From: an uncultured Bacilli bacterium
GTDB lineage: Bacteria > Bacillota_I > Bacilli_A > RF39 > UBA660
Direction: 5' to 3'
DNA length: 64,000 bases
NCBI GenBank assembly: GCA_934086935.1
Contig: CAKOIQ010000001.1
Coordinates: 8,330-72,329 of the forward strand
Part shown: in pieces, positions 1-10,414 of the stretch
Layout of the letters: the number at the start of each line of letters is the position of its first letter
Numbering within the stretch: the first letter of the stretch is position 1
The notes under the pieces: model-generated
Seen by the model: only the letters and a program-made list of their open reading frames with translations
The model's database searches: none
Told to the model about the DNA's origin: nothing
Translations under genes and position numbers: made by a program

Positions 1-2010
1 AGGTTGATTTGGAGTTGGTGGATTTATTGTTCCATAATCGGAATTAGACACAGCTGAATCTTGTCCTAAACTATTTTTTGTATAAGCTACATAATAATAG
101 TTACCTGGATCACCAGTTAAAGTAATATTATAGTTTAATGCTGTCATTGTCTCAGGAACTGAATTCCATACGCAGGCACTCTTATCTAATCCGGATTTTA
201 AAATACAATAATATTTGATTGGAGCCCATTGGTTTTGAGTCCAACTTAAACTAGAACTTACGACTCCACCACTTAATGTTGAACGAGGATTGGTTATACT
301 AAATTGTGGGGTATATGGTGTTGTATTCATTATCTGACCAAATGATGCTGCTGATACTGGTGAAATCTTATTTAATGTGTTTTTAACATAAGCTACATAA
401 TTATATGTTCCAGGGCTTCCAGTTAAGGTAATATATTTAACAGCTTCAGAAACATCAGTTCCAACACTTTCCCATGTGCATGAACTTGATGATTGATTTG
501 ATGGAATAACACAATATGCATTAACTTTTTGTCCGGCAGTCCATTTAATTTCAGCTCTTACAGTACCTCCACTGATTGTTTGATATGGATTAGATATATT
601 TAATGTTGGTTTTTGTGGGATTGGATTTTCAATTGTTATTGTAATTGCTGAACTTTTTCCTACGTTTCCAGCTGCATCTTTAGTATAAAAATACCATGTT
701 GAACTTCCAATTGTTGAATGGGTTTTTGTAAAAGTTTTTGAAGCTGTCGTACTAGTGATGCTAGTCCAACCTGATGATGATGCAGTTATACTTGAATTAG
801 TACTAAATTGATAAGCTACTAAACCACTTAATGTATCTTGAGCTTTTCCTGTGAATGTTATTGACGAAGTACTGGTAGTTGCTGATGCTTTTAATGTTGT
901 TGTGGGAGCTGCTTTATCTACTAAAGCTTTTAAAGTGCATGTTTTAGTATTTCCGGCATTATCAGTTGTAGTTGCGGTTGTTTCTTTAGTACTAGTAGAA
1001 ATTGTTTTGGTTATAGTATTTTCTTTACAACCACTTAAACTATCTGTACATTTTACAGTTAATGTTCGATTTTGGTTGGTCCATGTTGATGGAGCACTTA
1101 CTTGAGAACATGTTGGTGATATTTGATCTGAATATACATATAATGTACATGTTGTTTTATTACCTGATCTATCTGAGATTGTAACATCTTTGGTTCCTAT
1201 ATTTATTAATGGTGATGATGGTTGGTTTACTTTTAAACATCCTCCAGCATCTTTACATCCAACATTAAAATCTGATAAACCATCACGACGCCATGCGGCA
1301 TCTGCGGTTCTATTTCCCGTGATGACACAAATTGGTGGGACATTATCAACTACGATTACTTTTCTTGTTGCTCTTTTCCAAATGTCACCGGTTTTTAATT
1401 TATAATTATATGTTAATCGGTATGTTCCTGCTACTGCTGTATCTATTTTTTCACTTGAACAAGTAATATTTTCATAATTTCCATTGCTATCTTTTGTTTT
1501 AATATAATCGTGATTTAAATTTCCTTCACTATCAACGTAAGATAAATTAACAGTACCTAAACCATTGAAACAATAATCTTTTATCTTATCGTTTCCTAGT
1601 TCTACATAAATATCTAAGGCTTGAAGATAATCTTCTTTATTAAATTTATTTAAATCTATTTTGATAGTTCCATTGGCATCATAACTTACTTTTATTTCAG
1701 TATCTTTACTAATTCTTTCTTTAGTACTTGGATTTATCGTATTTTCACTTAAATATCCATTACTAATTAAATCAGAAGCTTTTATAATTACATATCCTTT
1801 TACTGTACTTAAATCGTTTAAGATTTCAGCATTATTACTAACATAGAGATTAGCGGATGAAATTACTTTTTCAGTATATTCCTTTTGTTCTCTAGCTTTT
1901 TGAGCTTTGAATGTTCGATTTAAAGAAATGCCAATTGTTATAGCAAAGAAGCCTAAAAGTCCAATTGCCATAACTAATTCAATTAAAGTAAATCCTTTTT
2001 TATTTTTCAT
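1..2010 (-). CDS. Giant prepilin-type (type IV pilin-like N-terminus) modular surface protein, paralog A; partial, C-terminus off-window
   Basis: Absent from the ORF track because no stop codon lies in the window. Manual minus-strand translation from the ATG at 2008-2010 reads MKNKKGFTLIELVMAIGLL... (K-G/F-T-L-I-E class III signal and N-methylation motif). It stays open for 670 codons to base 1. It is collinear with the 2110..4782 product, including the blocks GKAQDTLSGLVAYQFSTNS and DAAGNVGKSSA. Confidence 0.8.
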   Translation of the reverse strand, partial: MKNKKGFTLIELVMAIGLLGFFAITIGISLNRTFKAQKAREQKEYTEKVISSANLYVSNNAEILNDLSTVKGYVIIKASDLISNGYLSENTINPSTKERISKDTEIKVSYDANGTIKIDLNKFNKEDYLQALDIYVELGNDKIKDYCFNGLGTVNLSYVDSEGNLNHDYIKTKDSNGNYENITCSSEKIDTAVAGTYRLTYNYKLKTGDIWKRATRKVIVVDNVPPICVITGNRTADAAWRRDGLSDFNVGCKDAGGCLKVNQPSSPLINIGTKDVTISDRSGNKTTCTLYVYSDQISPTCSQVSAPSTWTNQNRTLTVKCTDSLSGCKENTITKTISTSTKETTATTTDNAGNTKTCTLKALVDKAAPTTTLKASATTSTSSITFTGKAQDTLSGLVAYQFSTNSSITASSSGWTSITSTTASKTFTKTHSTIGSSTWYFYTKDAAGNVGKSSAITITIENPIPQKPTLNISNPYQTISGGTVRAEIKWTAGQKVNAYCVIPSNQSSSSCTWESVGTDVSEAVKYITLTGSPGTYNYVAYVKNTLNKISPVSAASFGQIMNTTPYTPQFSITNPRSTLSGGVVSSSLSWTQNQWAPIKYYCILKSGLDKSACVWNSVPETMTALNYNITLTGDPGNYYYVAYTKNSLGQDSAVSNSDYGTINPPTPNQP
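768..865. repeat. ~98-nt segment nearly identical to 3539..3636, inside the two tandem prepilin-like genes
   Basis: By-eye alignment shows only about 5 mismatches over ~98 nt, whereas the surrounding gene sequence is clearly more diverged. Confidence 0.7.
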
Positions 2011-2089
2011 ACTATCACTCTATTCTACTCATATGTATTATATCAAAAGTATTTTGGTAAAAAAAGGGGTTATATTTTAAATATAAAAA

Positions 2090-2110
2090 AAGGATAGTTT
2101 AACTACCCTT
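2090..2110 (-). terminator. Putative rho-independent terminator after the 890-aa prepilin-like gene
   Basis: On the minus strand, AAGGGTAG / CTATCCTT (one G-T wobble) forms a stem directly after the TAA stop and is followed by a T-run. Confidence 0.45.
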
Positions 2111-4782
2111 TATCTTGGATTTTTTGTTATTGTACATTGATTATAATTCACACATTCTGAACAATCTTTAGCGGTGTAATATAATGCTGAATAACAATTC
2201 CATTCTGGTCCATAGTAGTTGCCATTTGGATCAGTACTACTTGTTATGTGATACCATCCATATGTATGAGTACCAGTTGATGAAGTAAATACTGATTCTT
2301 CAGCAAAATAATCATATGTCACAGTACTTAATTTATATATACTATATTTTACGGTTCCACTTCGAGGTTGATTACGACATTTTAAAGCAGCAGCATATGT
2401 TCCTACTTCGCCGGCCGTAGAAATAATTAAATTGTTATTACTGTATGTTACATACCAACAATAGTATTTATCACCATAAGCATTGACGTCACCTAGTACT
2501 ACTTGAATTCCAATAGTATTTGATTCTGATGATACTAATCCGTAAATATTTTTAACCCAGGCTTTATAATAATAGGTTCCCGGTGATGCGAAATAAACGG
2601 TTGTTGATCCTGATGTCCAATTAGATCCGACAAAGCATGATGATGTAGCACTTGGTGCTGGATCTGAAGCTGGTAAAATGCAATAAGCATTGACGTTTTG
2701 ACCTGAAGTCCAGTTTGCAGTTAAAGTGGCATATGTACCTGCATTAGTGTAATAAGTATTTGATACTAGACTAGGTGCTGATGGTGGAGTAGCATATATT
2801 TGCCCATAGCTTGCATTAGATACTGGTGATATTTCATTGTAAACATTTCTGACATAAGCTACATAGTTGTAATACCCCGGTTCACCATAAATTGGAAATG
2901 AATAAGAAGCATAACTGCTATTAGTATCTACTGATTGCCATGAACATGACGAAACTGAATAATTTTGAGGAATAACACAGAACGCATTAACATTTTGTCC
3001 ATAAATCCATGAAACATTTGCAGTTATAGTTCCACCATTAGGAACGCTATATGGATTCAGATTTAGTAATGGAGCATTAGGTGTTGTATCAATAATGTCA
3101 CCAAATGATGTGTTTGATACTGCCGATATTTTATTATAAGAATTTTTAACATAAGCTACATAGTAATATCTTCCTGGATTACCTGATAGAAATATATTTT
3201 GAACTGTTTCATTGATGCTAGTTGAAACGGTTTGCCAGCATGTTGAATTGACATCTGGTGCTCCAATATAATTTGCTTGAACGCAATAGCTTGTTACATT
3301 TTGTCCAGAAGTCCATTTTATTTCAGCTCTTACAGTGCCACCAGTTCTAGTTTGATATGGATTAGATATGTTTAGGGTTGGAGCATTTGGAGTTGGTGAT
3401 TCTATTGTAATTGTTGTGGCACTACTTTTTCCAACGTTTCCAGCAGCATCTTTACTATAAAAATACCAAGTTGAACTTCCTAATGAAGAAATTTCTTGTG
3501 TATATGTTTTTAATTCTTTAGTACTTGGAATAGTATTCCAACCTGATGATGATGCAGTTATATTTGAATTGGTACTAAATTGATACGCTACTAAACCACT
3601 TAATGTATCTTGAGCTTTTCCTGTTAATGTTATTGGTGTGGTACTTGATGTTGTTGAAGATGTTAATGTTGTCGTTGGAGCTGTTTTATCTACTAAAGCT
3701 TGTAAATTACATGTTGTAGTATTTCCAGCTAAATCAATTACTGTTACTGGTGTATTTTCTGTATCTGTAGAAATTGCCTTAGTTAGAGTATTTTCTTTAC
3801 AACCACTTAAACTATCTGTACATTTCGCACTTAATGTTCGATTTTGATTGGTCCATGTTGATGGAACATTTTCTTGAGAACAAGTTGGTGGTATTTGATC
3901 TGAATATACATATAAAGTACATGTTGTTTTATTACCGGCTTTATCATATATGTCCACGTCTTTTGTTGCCATATTTATTAGTGGTGATGATGGTTGTTTG
4001 ACGGTTTGACATCCCCCATTATCTGAACATCCAACATTAAAACCAGATAAACCTTCATAACGCCATGCTGCATTCGCTTCTCGATTTCCTCTAATATTAC
4101 ATATAGGGGGAACATTGTCTATTATTACAATATTTCTAGTTATTCTTTTCCAAGTTTCACTATTCATTAATTTATAATTATAAATTATACGATAAGTACC
4201 AGGTGTTGTAGTATCTACTTTAGTATTTGTACAATTTATATTTTTATAGTTTCCATTATTATCTTTTTCAACAATGTAATCTTTTTGAAAATCACCTAAT
4301 TTATCAACATAAGTTAAAGTTGATTTTCCTAAATCATAAAAACAGTAATCTTTAATTGAATTATCACCTAAATTAACATAAACATCTAAGGCTTGAAGGT
4401 AATCTTCATTAGTAGGATTTTCTAAATCAATTTTAATTGTTCCATTAGCATCATAGCTTATTTTAATTTTAGTGTTTTTGTCTACTTTTTCATTGGTAGT
4501 AGGATTAATTGTGTTTTCACTTAAATAGCCATTACTTATTAAATCACCTATTGTTATAAATACGAAACCTTTGACGGTACTTAGGTCATTTAAAATTTTA
4601 TTATTATTACTGACATATAGATTCGATGATGAAACTAATTTTTCATTATATTCTTTTAATTCTCTAGTTTTTTGTGATTTGATATTTTTAGTTAAAGTTA
4701 TTCCAATTGTTACAGCGAATAAACTTAAAAGTCCAATTGCTATTACTAATTCAATTAATGTAAAACCTTTTTTATTTTTCAT
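2110..4782 (-). CDS. Giant prepilin-type modular surface protein (890 aa), paralog B
   Basis: The N-terminus MKNKKG/FTLIELVIAIGLLSLF is a canonical prepilin cleavage and methylation motif followed by a hydrophobic helix. The remainder carries Cys-containing Ig-like modules (D-x-AGN...C-x-L, DTLSGL), three tandem ~100-aa repeats and a Cys-rich C-terminal domain. Confidence 0.85.
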   Translation of the reverse strand: MKNKKGFTLIELVIAIGLLSLFAVTIGITLTKNIKSQKTRELKEYNEKLVSSSNLYVSNNNKILNDLSTVKGFVFITIGDLISNGYLSENTINPTTNEKVDKNTKIKISYDANGTIKIDLENPTNEDYLQALDVYVNLGDNSIKDYCFYDLGKSTLTYVDKLGDFQKDYIVEKDNNGNYKNINCTNTKVDTTTPGTYRIIYNYKLMNSETWKRITRNIVIIDNVPPICNIRGNREANAAWRYEGLSGFNVGCSDNGGCQTVKQPSSPLINMATKDVDIYDKAGNKTTCTLYVYSDQIPPTCSQENVPSTWTNQNRTLSAKCTDSLSGCKENTLTKAISTDTENTPVTVIDLAGNTTTCNLQALVDKTAPTTTLTSSTTSSTTPITLTGKAQDTLSGLVAYQFSTNSNITASSSGWNTIPSTKELKTYTQEISSLGSSTWYFYSKDAAGNVGKSSATTITIESPTPNAPTLNISNPYQTRTGGTVRAEIKWTSGQNVTSYCVQANYIGAPDVNSTCWQTVSTSINETVQNIFLSGNPGRYYYVAYVKNSYNKISAVSNTSFGDIIDTTPNAPLLNLNPYSVPNGGTITANVSWIYGQNVNAFCVIPQNYSVSSCSWQSVDTNSSYASYSFPIYGEPGYYNYVAYVRNVYNEISPVSNASYGQIYATPPSAPSLVSNTYYTNAGTYATLTANWTSGQNVNAYCILPASDPAPSATSSCFVGSNWTSGSTTVYFASPGTYYYKAWVKNIYGLVSSESNTIGIQVVLGDVNAYGDKYYCWYVTYSNNNLIISTAGEVGTYAAALKCRNQPRSGTVKYSIYKLSTVTYDYFAEESVFTSSTGTHTYGWYHITSSTDPNGNYYGPEWNCYSALYYTAKDCSECVNYNQCTITKNPR
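2500..3396 (-). repeat. Three tandem ~100-aa domain repeats within the 890-aa prepilin-like protein (aa ~463-761)
   Basis: The repeat units share P-x-AP-x-L...NPY...GGT...W-x-x-GQNV-x-x-(Y/F)C...C...PG-x-Y-x-Y-x-A(Y/W)V(K/R)N-x-Y...S-x-x-SN. Confidence 0.75.
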
Positions 4783-4824
4783 ATGATCACTTTATCCTAG
4801 CATGATTATAACAAAATTAAAACA

Positions 4825-4850
4825 TTAAAAAAAGAGATTTTTAATCTCTT
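4825..4850 (-). terminator. Rho-independent terminator of folD
   Basis: On the minus strand, an AAGAGATT-aaa-AATCTCTT stem overlaps the folD stop codon and is followed by TTTTTT. Confidence 0.6.
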
Positions 4851-5656
4851 AAAGCGTTTGTAATGATATTTTCAATTAAAAGTACATTGGTAATTGGTCC
4901 AATCCCACCAGGTACTGGTGTACACATGGATGCTTTGTCCTCTATACTTTCAAAATCAACGTCACCTACCATTTTACCATTTTCGAAATTAATTCCAACA
5001 TCAATAAGAATTGCATTTTCTTTAATATAATCTTTAGTTAAAAATTTTGCTTTACCGATTGCCACAACTATAACATCAGCTGTTTGTAATTCTTCTTTTA
5101 AATTTGTTGTTTTTGAATGGCAGATTGTTACAGTGGCATTCTTTTTAAGTAACTGAAAGATTAATGGTTTACCAACAATATTACTTCTTCCCATGATAAC
5201 AACTTTTTTACCGGTTATATCAATATTATAGTAATCTAATACTTCGATTACGGCTTTACTTGTGCATGGGATGTTAGCATCTTCTTGTCCTAACATTAAT
5301 TTACCGGCGTTAATGATGTTTAATCCTTCAATGTCTTTATGAGCAGGTAGTTCATTAATTAAGGAAGCACAAGTTTTTGGAAGAGGTTCTTGAAACATGA
5401 TACCAGTTATTTCTGGATTATTTTTAACTTCATTAAAATTATTTTTAAATTCGGTTTCGTCTTTAGCCATTAATAATTTAAAATCAATGTCATATTTGGC
5501 ACAATTTTTTTCAATTCGACCGATATAAACAGTACTAGCATCATCACCTTCAATTCCGAGAACTGCTAAACAAGGATTTTTAGTTAGTTTTGCTTGTTTT
5601 GCAGTTATTCTTTCAATTATTTTTTCAGTTACGGGTTTACCTTCTAATATAATCAT
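4841..5656 (-). CDS. folD: Bifunctional methylenetetrahydrofolate dehydrogenase/methenyl-THF cyclohydrolase
   Basis: 271 aa with full-length FolD-like organisation. It has the GRSNIVGKP dinucleotide loop and the C-terminal TPVPGGIGPIT motif. Confidence 0.9.
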   Translation of the reverse strand: MIILEGKPVTEKIIERITAKQAKLTKNPCLAVLGIEGDDASTVYIGRIEKNCAKYDIDFKLLMAKDETEFKNNFNEVKNNPEITGIMFQEPLPKTCASLINELPAHKDIEGLNIINAGKLMLGQEDANIPCTSKAVIEVLDYYNIDITGKKVVIMGRSNIVGKPLIFQLLKKNATVTICHSKTTNLKEELQTADVIVVAIGKAKFLTKDYIKENAILIDVGINFENGKMVGDVDFESIEDKASMCTPVPGGIGPITNVLLIENIITNALRD

Positions 5657-5657
5657 G

Positions 5658-6221
5658 TTACTCTCCTATATATATGTTTTCTATTTTTAATAAGTTTTGA
5701 TTAAATTTATTTTTAATTTCTTCATTTTGAATACCATTTAAATTTATGTAGTAATTTTCATAACTTGATTTAATGGCTGCTTCACTTAGATATAAGCAAA
5801 TATTATAATCACTTGATAGCATTTTATTTCCTACTTGAGATATTTCTTTTGATAAGTTCTTAGTTTCATAAGCAAGTTTTATAACGTCTAGTGCAAACTC
5901 GACTGCTTTTATGCATATTTCTTCATAACTTTGATAATCTTCTTTTATTGTTTTATATTTGTTTAGAAGTTTTTCTAGGATATCATTATCTTGATCGATT
6001 GAATTAAGTGATTTTTCTTTATTTGTTTGAGCTTTTGTAAGAATATCTTTAACTTTAGGTTCTACTTCTTGATATTTAGGTTTACCTATTGTTAGGTTGC
6101 AACTGTAAATTATTAAGCTATTAATTGTTGATAAAACTAGTCCCACTACACTGCCTCCGGCAATGTGAGTGTTGGGATTTTCTAAATCATTTAAGATGTC
6201 TTTTATTTTATTTTGATACAT
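5658..6221 (-). CDS. Cyclodeaminase/cyclohydrolase family protein (FTCD C-terminal domain type)
   Basis: 187-aa helical protein. The N-terminal HIAGGSVVGL...NLTIGKPKY resembles the P-x-GGGS...T-x-GK-x-KY signature of the FTCD_C/FchA family. It is separated from folD by 1 nt. Confidence 0.6.
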   Translation of the reverse strand: MYQNKIKDILNDLENPNTHIAGGSVVGLVLSTINSLIIYSCNLTIGKPKYQEVEPKVKDILTKAQTNKEKSLNSIDQDNDILEKLLNKYKTIKEDYQSYEEICIKAVEFALDVIKLAYETKNLSKEISQVGNKMLSSDYNICLYLSEAAIKSSYENYYINLNGIQNEEIKNKFNQNLLKIENIYIGE

Positions 6222-7709
6222 TTAACTCTCCATTACTTCTTTGATTTTTTGTTTTGCTTCGGCAACTGATTCTTCATTTGGCTGCATAACGTAAACATTG
6301 TAGTTACCAGTTGAATATGTTTTTTTACTTGCACCGGTTCCAGTGACAGCATAAGTTTCAATTTGCCATTTTATATTTTCATTTAATTGCATATTTATTA
6401 GTTTAGTTATGGTTTCTTGGCTGACATTAGTAATTAAACCCTTTGATAAATCTTTTAAAATTGTATTGTACTTAGTGATTGTATTGGAACTAGTTAAAGC
6501 TTTATCCATCATAGCTTTTAAGATTTGTTGTTGATGAATCTGTCTAGCATTATCGCCTTCTTTATATTGATATCTGTTTCTAGCATATGTTAAGGCTTGT
6601 TCACCAGTTAATTTTTGATTACCGTATTTTATATATGTAACATTTTCACCGTTTTCTCGTTTAGAATTATCGGTGCAGACATAACCTAAGCCACAATCTA
6701 TTCCTTGGCTGTAGCGATAATCAGGTTTTTCAACATTAACAGTTATCCCACCAAGGTTATTAATTATTTTAACAAATGAAGTAAAATTTACACGAGCATA
6801 ATAATTAACATCTATTCCATATAAGTTTCCTAAAGTTTTAGAACTTTCTTCTACTCCATAAATTCCAGCATGAGTTAATTTGTCTTTAGCATTTTTAGAT
6901 GCGAGAGTTACATAATAGTCTCTTGGTGTACTTAAAATTAATATTTTACTATTATCTGGATTAACGAAAACTAAAATATTTACATCACTACGAGCGGATT
7001 TACGAACCGTACCTGATGTATCTACTCCACTTAAATAAACAACAAATGAATCTTTAGTAACATCAACATCTTTAAATTTATTAATTGTTTTAGTTTTAAC
7101 ATCAATGGTATCTAGTACTTTTAACTTAGTATCAGGATGTTCTTCTAAAAAGATATCCATTAAGGCTTCTTGCATAATTAACGCAACATTTTCATTATTT
7201 AGAATAGAATTAACAGCATCAATTTGTGAGTTATAATTTACTTCATTGATTTTAATCATATTTTTTAGTAATGAAACTGCTGTCTGAACATTAGCTTCTT
7301 CAGGATTATAAATAGCTATATTTCTTCTTTTAATATCATTAATAGTTTTAAAATCACTATCTTCTTTAACATAAATTGCATAACTTTCTGATCTTACTCC
7401 GTTATCAAAAATATCGTTAAAGAAATCAATTGTTCCAAATGCATAAAATATGCCAAGTGATTCAATTGCTAAAATTAAAATTGTGGCTATAACACAAACC
7501 ATTTTAGCAGATAGTTTAGTTCTCCTATTTAAAAAATAAACTATTAGTAAAGTTATTATTCCAATAACAATGATGGCTGGTATTAAATATTTTTTAGGTA
7601 AAACATTAAAGTATATAATAACATTTACAGCTAAAAGTGTTATTAATATTAATATAAATGATAATATTTTATAAAATTTATTTGTAGTTTTTTTTGATTT
7701 TTTTGTCAT
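6222..7709 (-). CDS. LytR-CpsA-Psr (LCP) family cell-wall polymer ligase
   Basis: N-terminal TM helices are followed by the LCP core blocks ILVFVNPDNSKILILSTPRDYYV and THAGIYGVEES...NYYARVNFTSF. Confidence 0.8.
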   Translation of the reverse strand: MTKKSKKTTNKFYKILSFILILITLLAVNVIIYFNVLPKKYLIPAIIVIGIITLLIVYFLNRRTKLSAKMVCVIATILILAIESLGIFYAFGTIDFFNDIFDNGVRSESYAIYVKEDSDFKTINDIKRRNIAIYNPEEANVQTAVSLLKNMIKINEVNYNSQIDAVNSILNNENVALIMQEALMDIFLEEHPDTKLKVLDTIDVKTKTINKFKDVDVTKDSFVVYLSGVDTSGTVRKSARSDVNILVFVNPDNSKILILSTPRDYYVTLASKNAKDKLTHAGIYGVEESSKTLGNLYGIDVNYYARVNFTSFVKIINNLGGITVNVEKPDYRYSQGIDCGLGYVCTDNSKRENGENVTYIKYGNQKLTGEQALTYARNRYQYKEGDNARQIHQQQILKAMMDKALTSSNTITKYNTILKDLSKGLITNVSQETITKLINMQLNENIKWQIETYAVTGTGASKKTYSTGNYNVYVMQPNEESVAEAKQKIKEVMES

Positions 7710-7779
7710 TTTTATCGCCTCATAAATAGTTTACCATAATAAATAAAATAAAAAGCCTTTTATGTAAACAAAGGCCTTT

Positions 7780-8859
7780 TTATTTGACAAAAATTTTATT
7801 TCTTTTTATTATTCCTAAAATTATTGGAAGTAATATTACTAAATATATATACCAATAATTAAAATGGAATAAGAGATTTACTAAAATTAATAATAAACCA
7901 AAAATGCTATAGAAGATATATATTAATTTATCAAAGAAGAAATATAGTAAAACTGTACATAATACATATGCTCCACTTAAAATCCATAATACATATTTTG
8001 TAATATTCTTCATTTTTTTACTTTTGTTAGTCTCTAATGAACGATTTTTTTCGATTTTAATTATTTCATCTAAAGCATCAACATTGGATTTATGTAAGAA
8101 AACATCGACTCCTACATGTTCTTGAGGAAGTGTTATTCTAACATTTATTTCTTCTTTAATTGTTGGAAAATAAACATATGCACCTGCTTTATTACCATTT
8201 TCATAAGTTAATTCTTGAAGCACACCACTTTGATTACCATGCATCCACATATGATATAATTCATCTTTAGTTGGATAAGGTAATACGACTCTTAAATAGG
8301 TATTTTTAGCATTATATTTTAAATTCTTAAATGTATAGTTTAATTCTTTAATGTCATTATGTTTTACAACAACATTAGTTACAGCGTATTGAAAATAAAA
8401 TGCTACTTTTTTATTTTTAACAGGATAAAAAATCTTTAAATTTCCAGTTCCATCTTCATTATCTTGATAAGTATAACTATTATCTTGAGGTTCATCTAAA
8501 TTAAGTTCTTTAAACTCTTTTGTTATTTTTGTATCTAGAGAATTAATGCTAAATTCGTCTTTATCACTAACATCAAATGCAGATACCTTTATAACACTGA
8601 TACTTTGACCATTATAAATAGTACCATTATTTAAATCAACGGTTTTATTATCCCATGCTTTATCACCGAAACTATAGTAATTAAGTTTACGAGATAAAAA
8701 ATCAGTTGTTCCTTCAATAATCACCAATTCTTTGACATTTAAAGCCCCACCTATTTCAATTTCACTATCAATATAGTGATCTATTACTTTATAATTTTCA
8801 GCATTAACCATGATTGGTAATACTAATGTCATAATTAATAATGTCAATATTTTTTTCAT
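7780..8859 (-). CDS. Membrane protein, DUF2207-like layout
   Basis: Signal peptide MKKILTLLIMTLVLPIMVNA, a large extracytoplasmic domain and a C-terminal TM cluster. The family assignment is by resemblance only. Confidence 0.45.
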   Translation of the reverse strand: MKKILTLLIMTLVLPIMVNAENYKVIDHYIDSEIEIGGALNVKELVIIEGTTDFLSRKLNYYSFGDKAWDNKTVDLNNGTIYNGQSISVIKVSAFDVSDKDEFSINSLDTKITKEFKELNLDEPQDNSYTYQDNEDGTGNLKIFYPVKNKKVAFYFQYAVTNVVVKHNDIKELNYTFKNLKYNAKNTYLRVVLPYPTKDELYHMWMHGNQSGVLQELTYENGNKAGAYVYFPTIKEEINVRITLPQEHVGVDVFLHKSNVDALDEIIKIEKNRSLETNKSKKMKNITKYVLWILSGAYVLCTVLLYFFFDKLIYIFYSIFGLLLILVNLLFHFNYWYIYLVILLPIILGIIKRNKIFVK

Positions 8860-8884
8860 GTTACCACCTTTTAAATGATAACAT

Positions 8885-9082
8885 TTAATTTTTTCGTTGT
8901 AAAGTAATGATAAGAAAAAAGATGCTTGGAAAAATAATTAATGTTTCGATATGTGTAAATACTTCTTTTAAATATGTTAATAAATTACCACCAATAATAA
9001 AGATATTTAAATAAATAATCCAAAACATTAAAGAATAGCTTATTAAGAATAAATACAATATTATTTTAATTAATCTTTGCAT
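8885..9082 (-). CDS. Small hydrophobic membrane protein (65 aa)
   Basis: ORF with two predicted TM helices. No family recognised. Confidence 0.3.
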   Translation of the reverse strand: MQRLIKIILYLFLISYSLMFWIIYLNIFIIGGNLLTYLKEVFTHIETLIIFPSIFFLIITLQRKN

Positions 9083-9109
9083 AGTAAATTTTATGAAAAA
9101 AAAGACATC

Positions 9110-10333
9110 TTATGAAGATATCTTTGCTTTATTATAAACTTGTTGAGGTTCTAAAGTTATTCCTTTTCGTTTAAATAATTCTGATACAGTTACAATGTCA
9201 TATCCCTGTTCATGAAAGTATGGAACTAGAATTTTAACTGCTTCTAGGGTTGTTTTATACAAATCATGGAATAATATTATGTCACCATCTTTAGTTTGAG
9301 CTTTAGTAAGTTCTACTATTTTTTCGGTATTTCTACTTTCCCAATCTCTTGTATCAACGCTCCATTTGATGATTGGCTTATCAATTACTTTTTTAATTTT
9401 TTCATTTGCTAATCCATAAGGTGGTCTAACTAATTCCATTGTTTTACCAGTGACACTTTTAAATAAATCGTTATTATCTGTTAATTTAAGTTTAGCTTTA
9501 GCAGGAGTTAATTTATTTAAATTAGAGTGATCAGTTGTATGATTTCCTACTTCGTAACCTCTACTAATTACTTCCTTAACAATATTATTTTGAGGTTTAA
9601 TCATGTAACCTACTTCAAAAAAAGTTGCTTTATAATCATATTCGTCTAAAACATCCATTATTGCAGTAGTGTATTTACTTGGTCCATCATCAAATGTAAA
9701 TGAAATTATTTTATCATAGTTCTTTTTAGTTGTTGTCATAGGAACGTAGCTGTCATTTTCTTTAAATTTAATGTTGATTATACCTTTTAATTCATTATAG
9801 TTAATATCAAAAGTATCGATTTCATTATCTTCAATTAGAAATAACTCTAATGAATCATCTTTTAAAAAGTATTTATAATTATTAAATACTAACTTATCAT
9901 AAGGAATATTCATATTTTTATTTGACATATATATTTTAATTTTATCTTTTAATCTTCCTTGATTTGTTACTATTTTATCTAAACTGATAGAATTACCATC
10001 TTGATCAAAAATAAAACTGTCATATGAAGTTACTTTATTACCGGTATATTTATTAAATAAGATACTTATATATTTATCGATATAGTTTAATTGATAATCT
10101 ATTTTATCTGCATATCCTTTTTTTATTCCTTTTAGGTAATTTTTGATTTGAAGATTAATATCATTATTTTTAAAATATGGATATGTTATAACTATTGTAT
10201 CTATTTTAGTTTTTTTATCTAAATATAAGTAGTGGTCATTATTTTTGATGTTTACTACTTTAATTATCAATGATGATAATACTATAATTAGCATTATCAA
10301 TAAATATAAATTTTTATTATTTTTACTACTCAT
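9110..10333 (-). CDS. Polysaccharide (peptidoglycan) deacetylase, NodB family, membrane anchored
   Basis: N-terminal TM helix. The C-terminal NodB motifs FTFDDGP, GNHTTDH and VRPPYG are present. Confidence 0.85.
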   Translation of the reverse strand: MSSKNNKNLYLLIMLIIVLSSLIIKVVNIKNNDHYLYLDKKTKIDTIVITYPYFKNNDINLQIKNYLKGIKKGYADKIDYQLNYIDKYISILFNKYTGNKVTSYDSFIFDQDGNSISLDKIVTNQGRLKDKIKIYMSNKNMNIPYDKLVFNNYKYFLKDDSLELFLIEDNEIDTFDINYNELKGIINIKFKENDSYVPMTTTKKNYDKIISFTFDDGPSKYTTAIMDVLDEYDYKATFFEVGYMIKPQNNIVKEVISRGYEVGNHTTDHSNLNKLTPAKAKLKLTDNNDLFKSVTGKTMELVRPPYGLANEKIKKVIDKPIIKWSVDTRDWESRNTEKIVELTKAQTKDGDIILFHDLYKTTLEAVKILVPYFHEQGYDIVTVSELFKRKGITLEPQQVYNKAKISS

Positions 10334-10414
10334 TTTTACCTCACATTTTTATTATAACTCTTTTTATTAAAATTAAAAATGGTTTATGGTGTTTATCTAG
10401 AAATTTTCACGTTT

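Noticed and set aside
851-4786. Plus-strand ORFs 851-1105, 1190-1405, 3638-3847 and 4571-4786
   Set aside because: They lie antisense within the two giant prepilin-like genes. 851-1105 and 3638-3847 are mirror images of the same conserved minus-strand segment. Their translations are V/L/F-rich nonsense typical of the reverse frame of a real gene.
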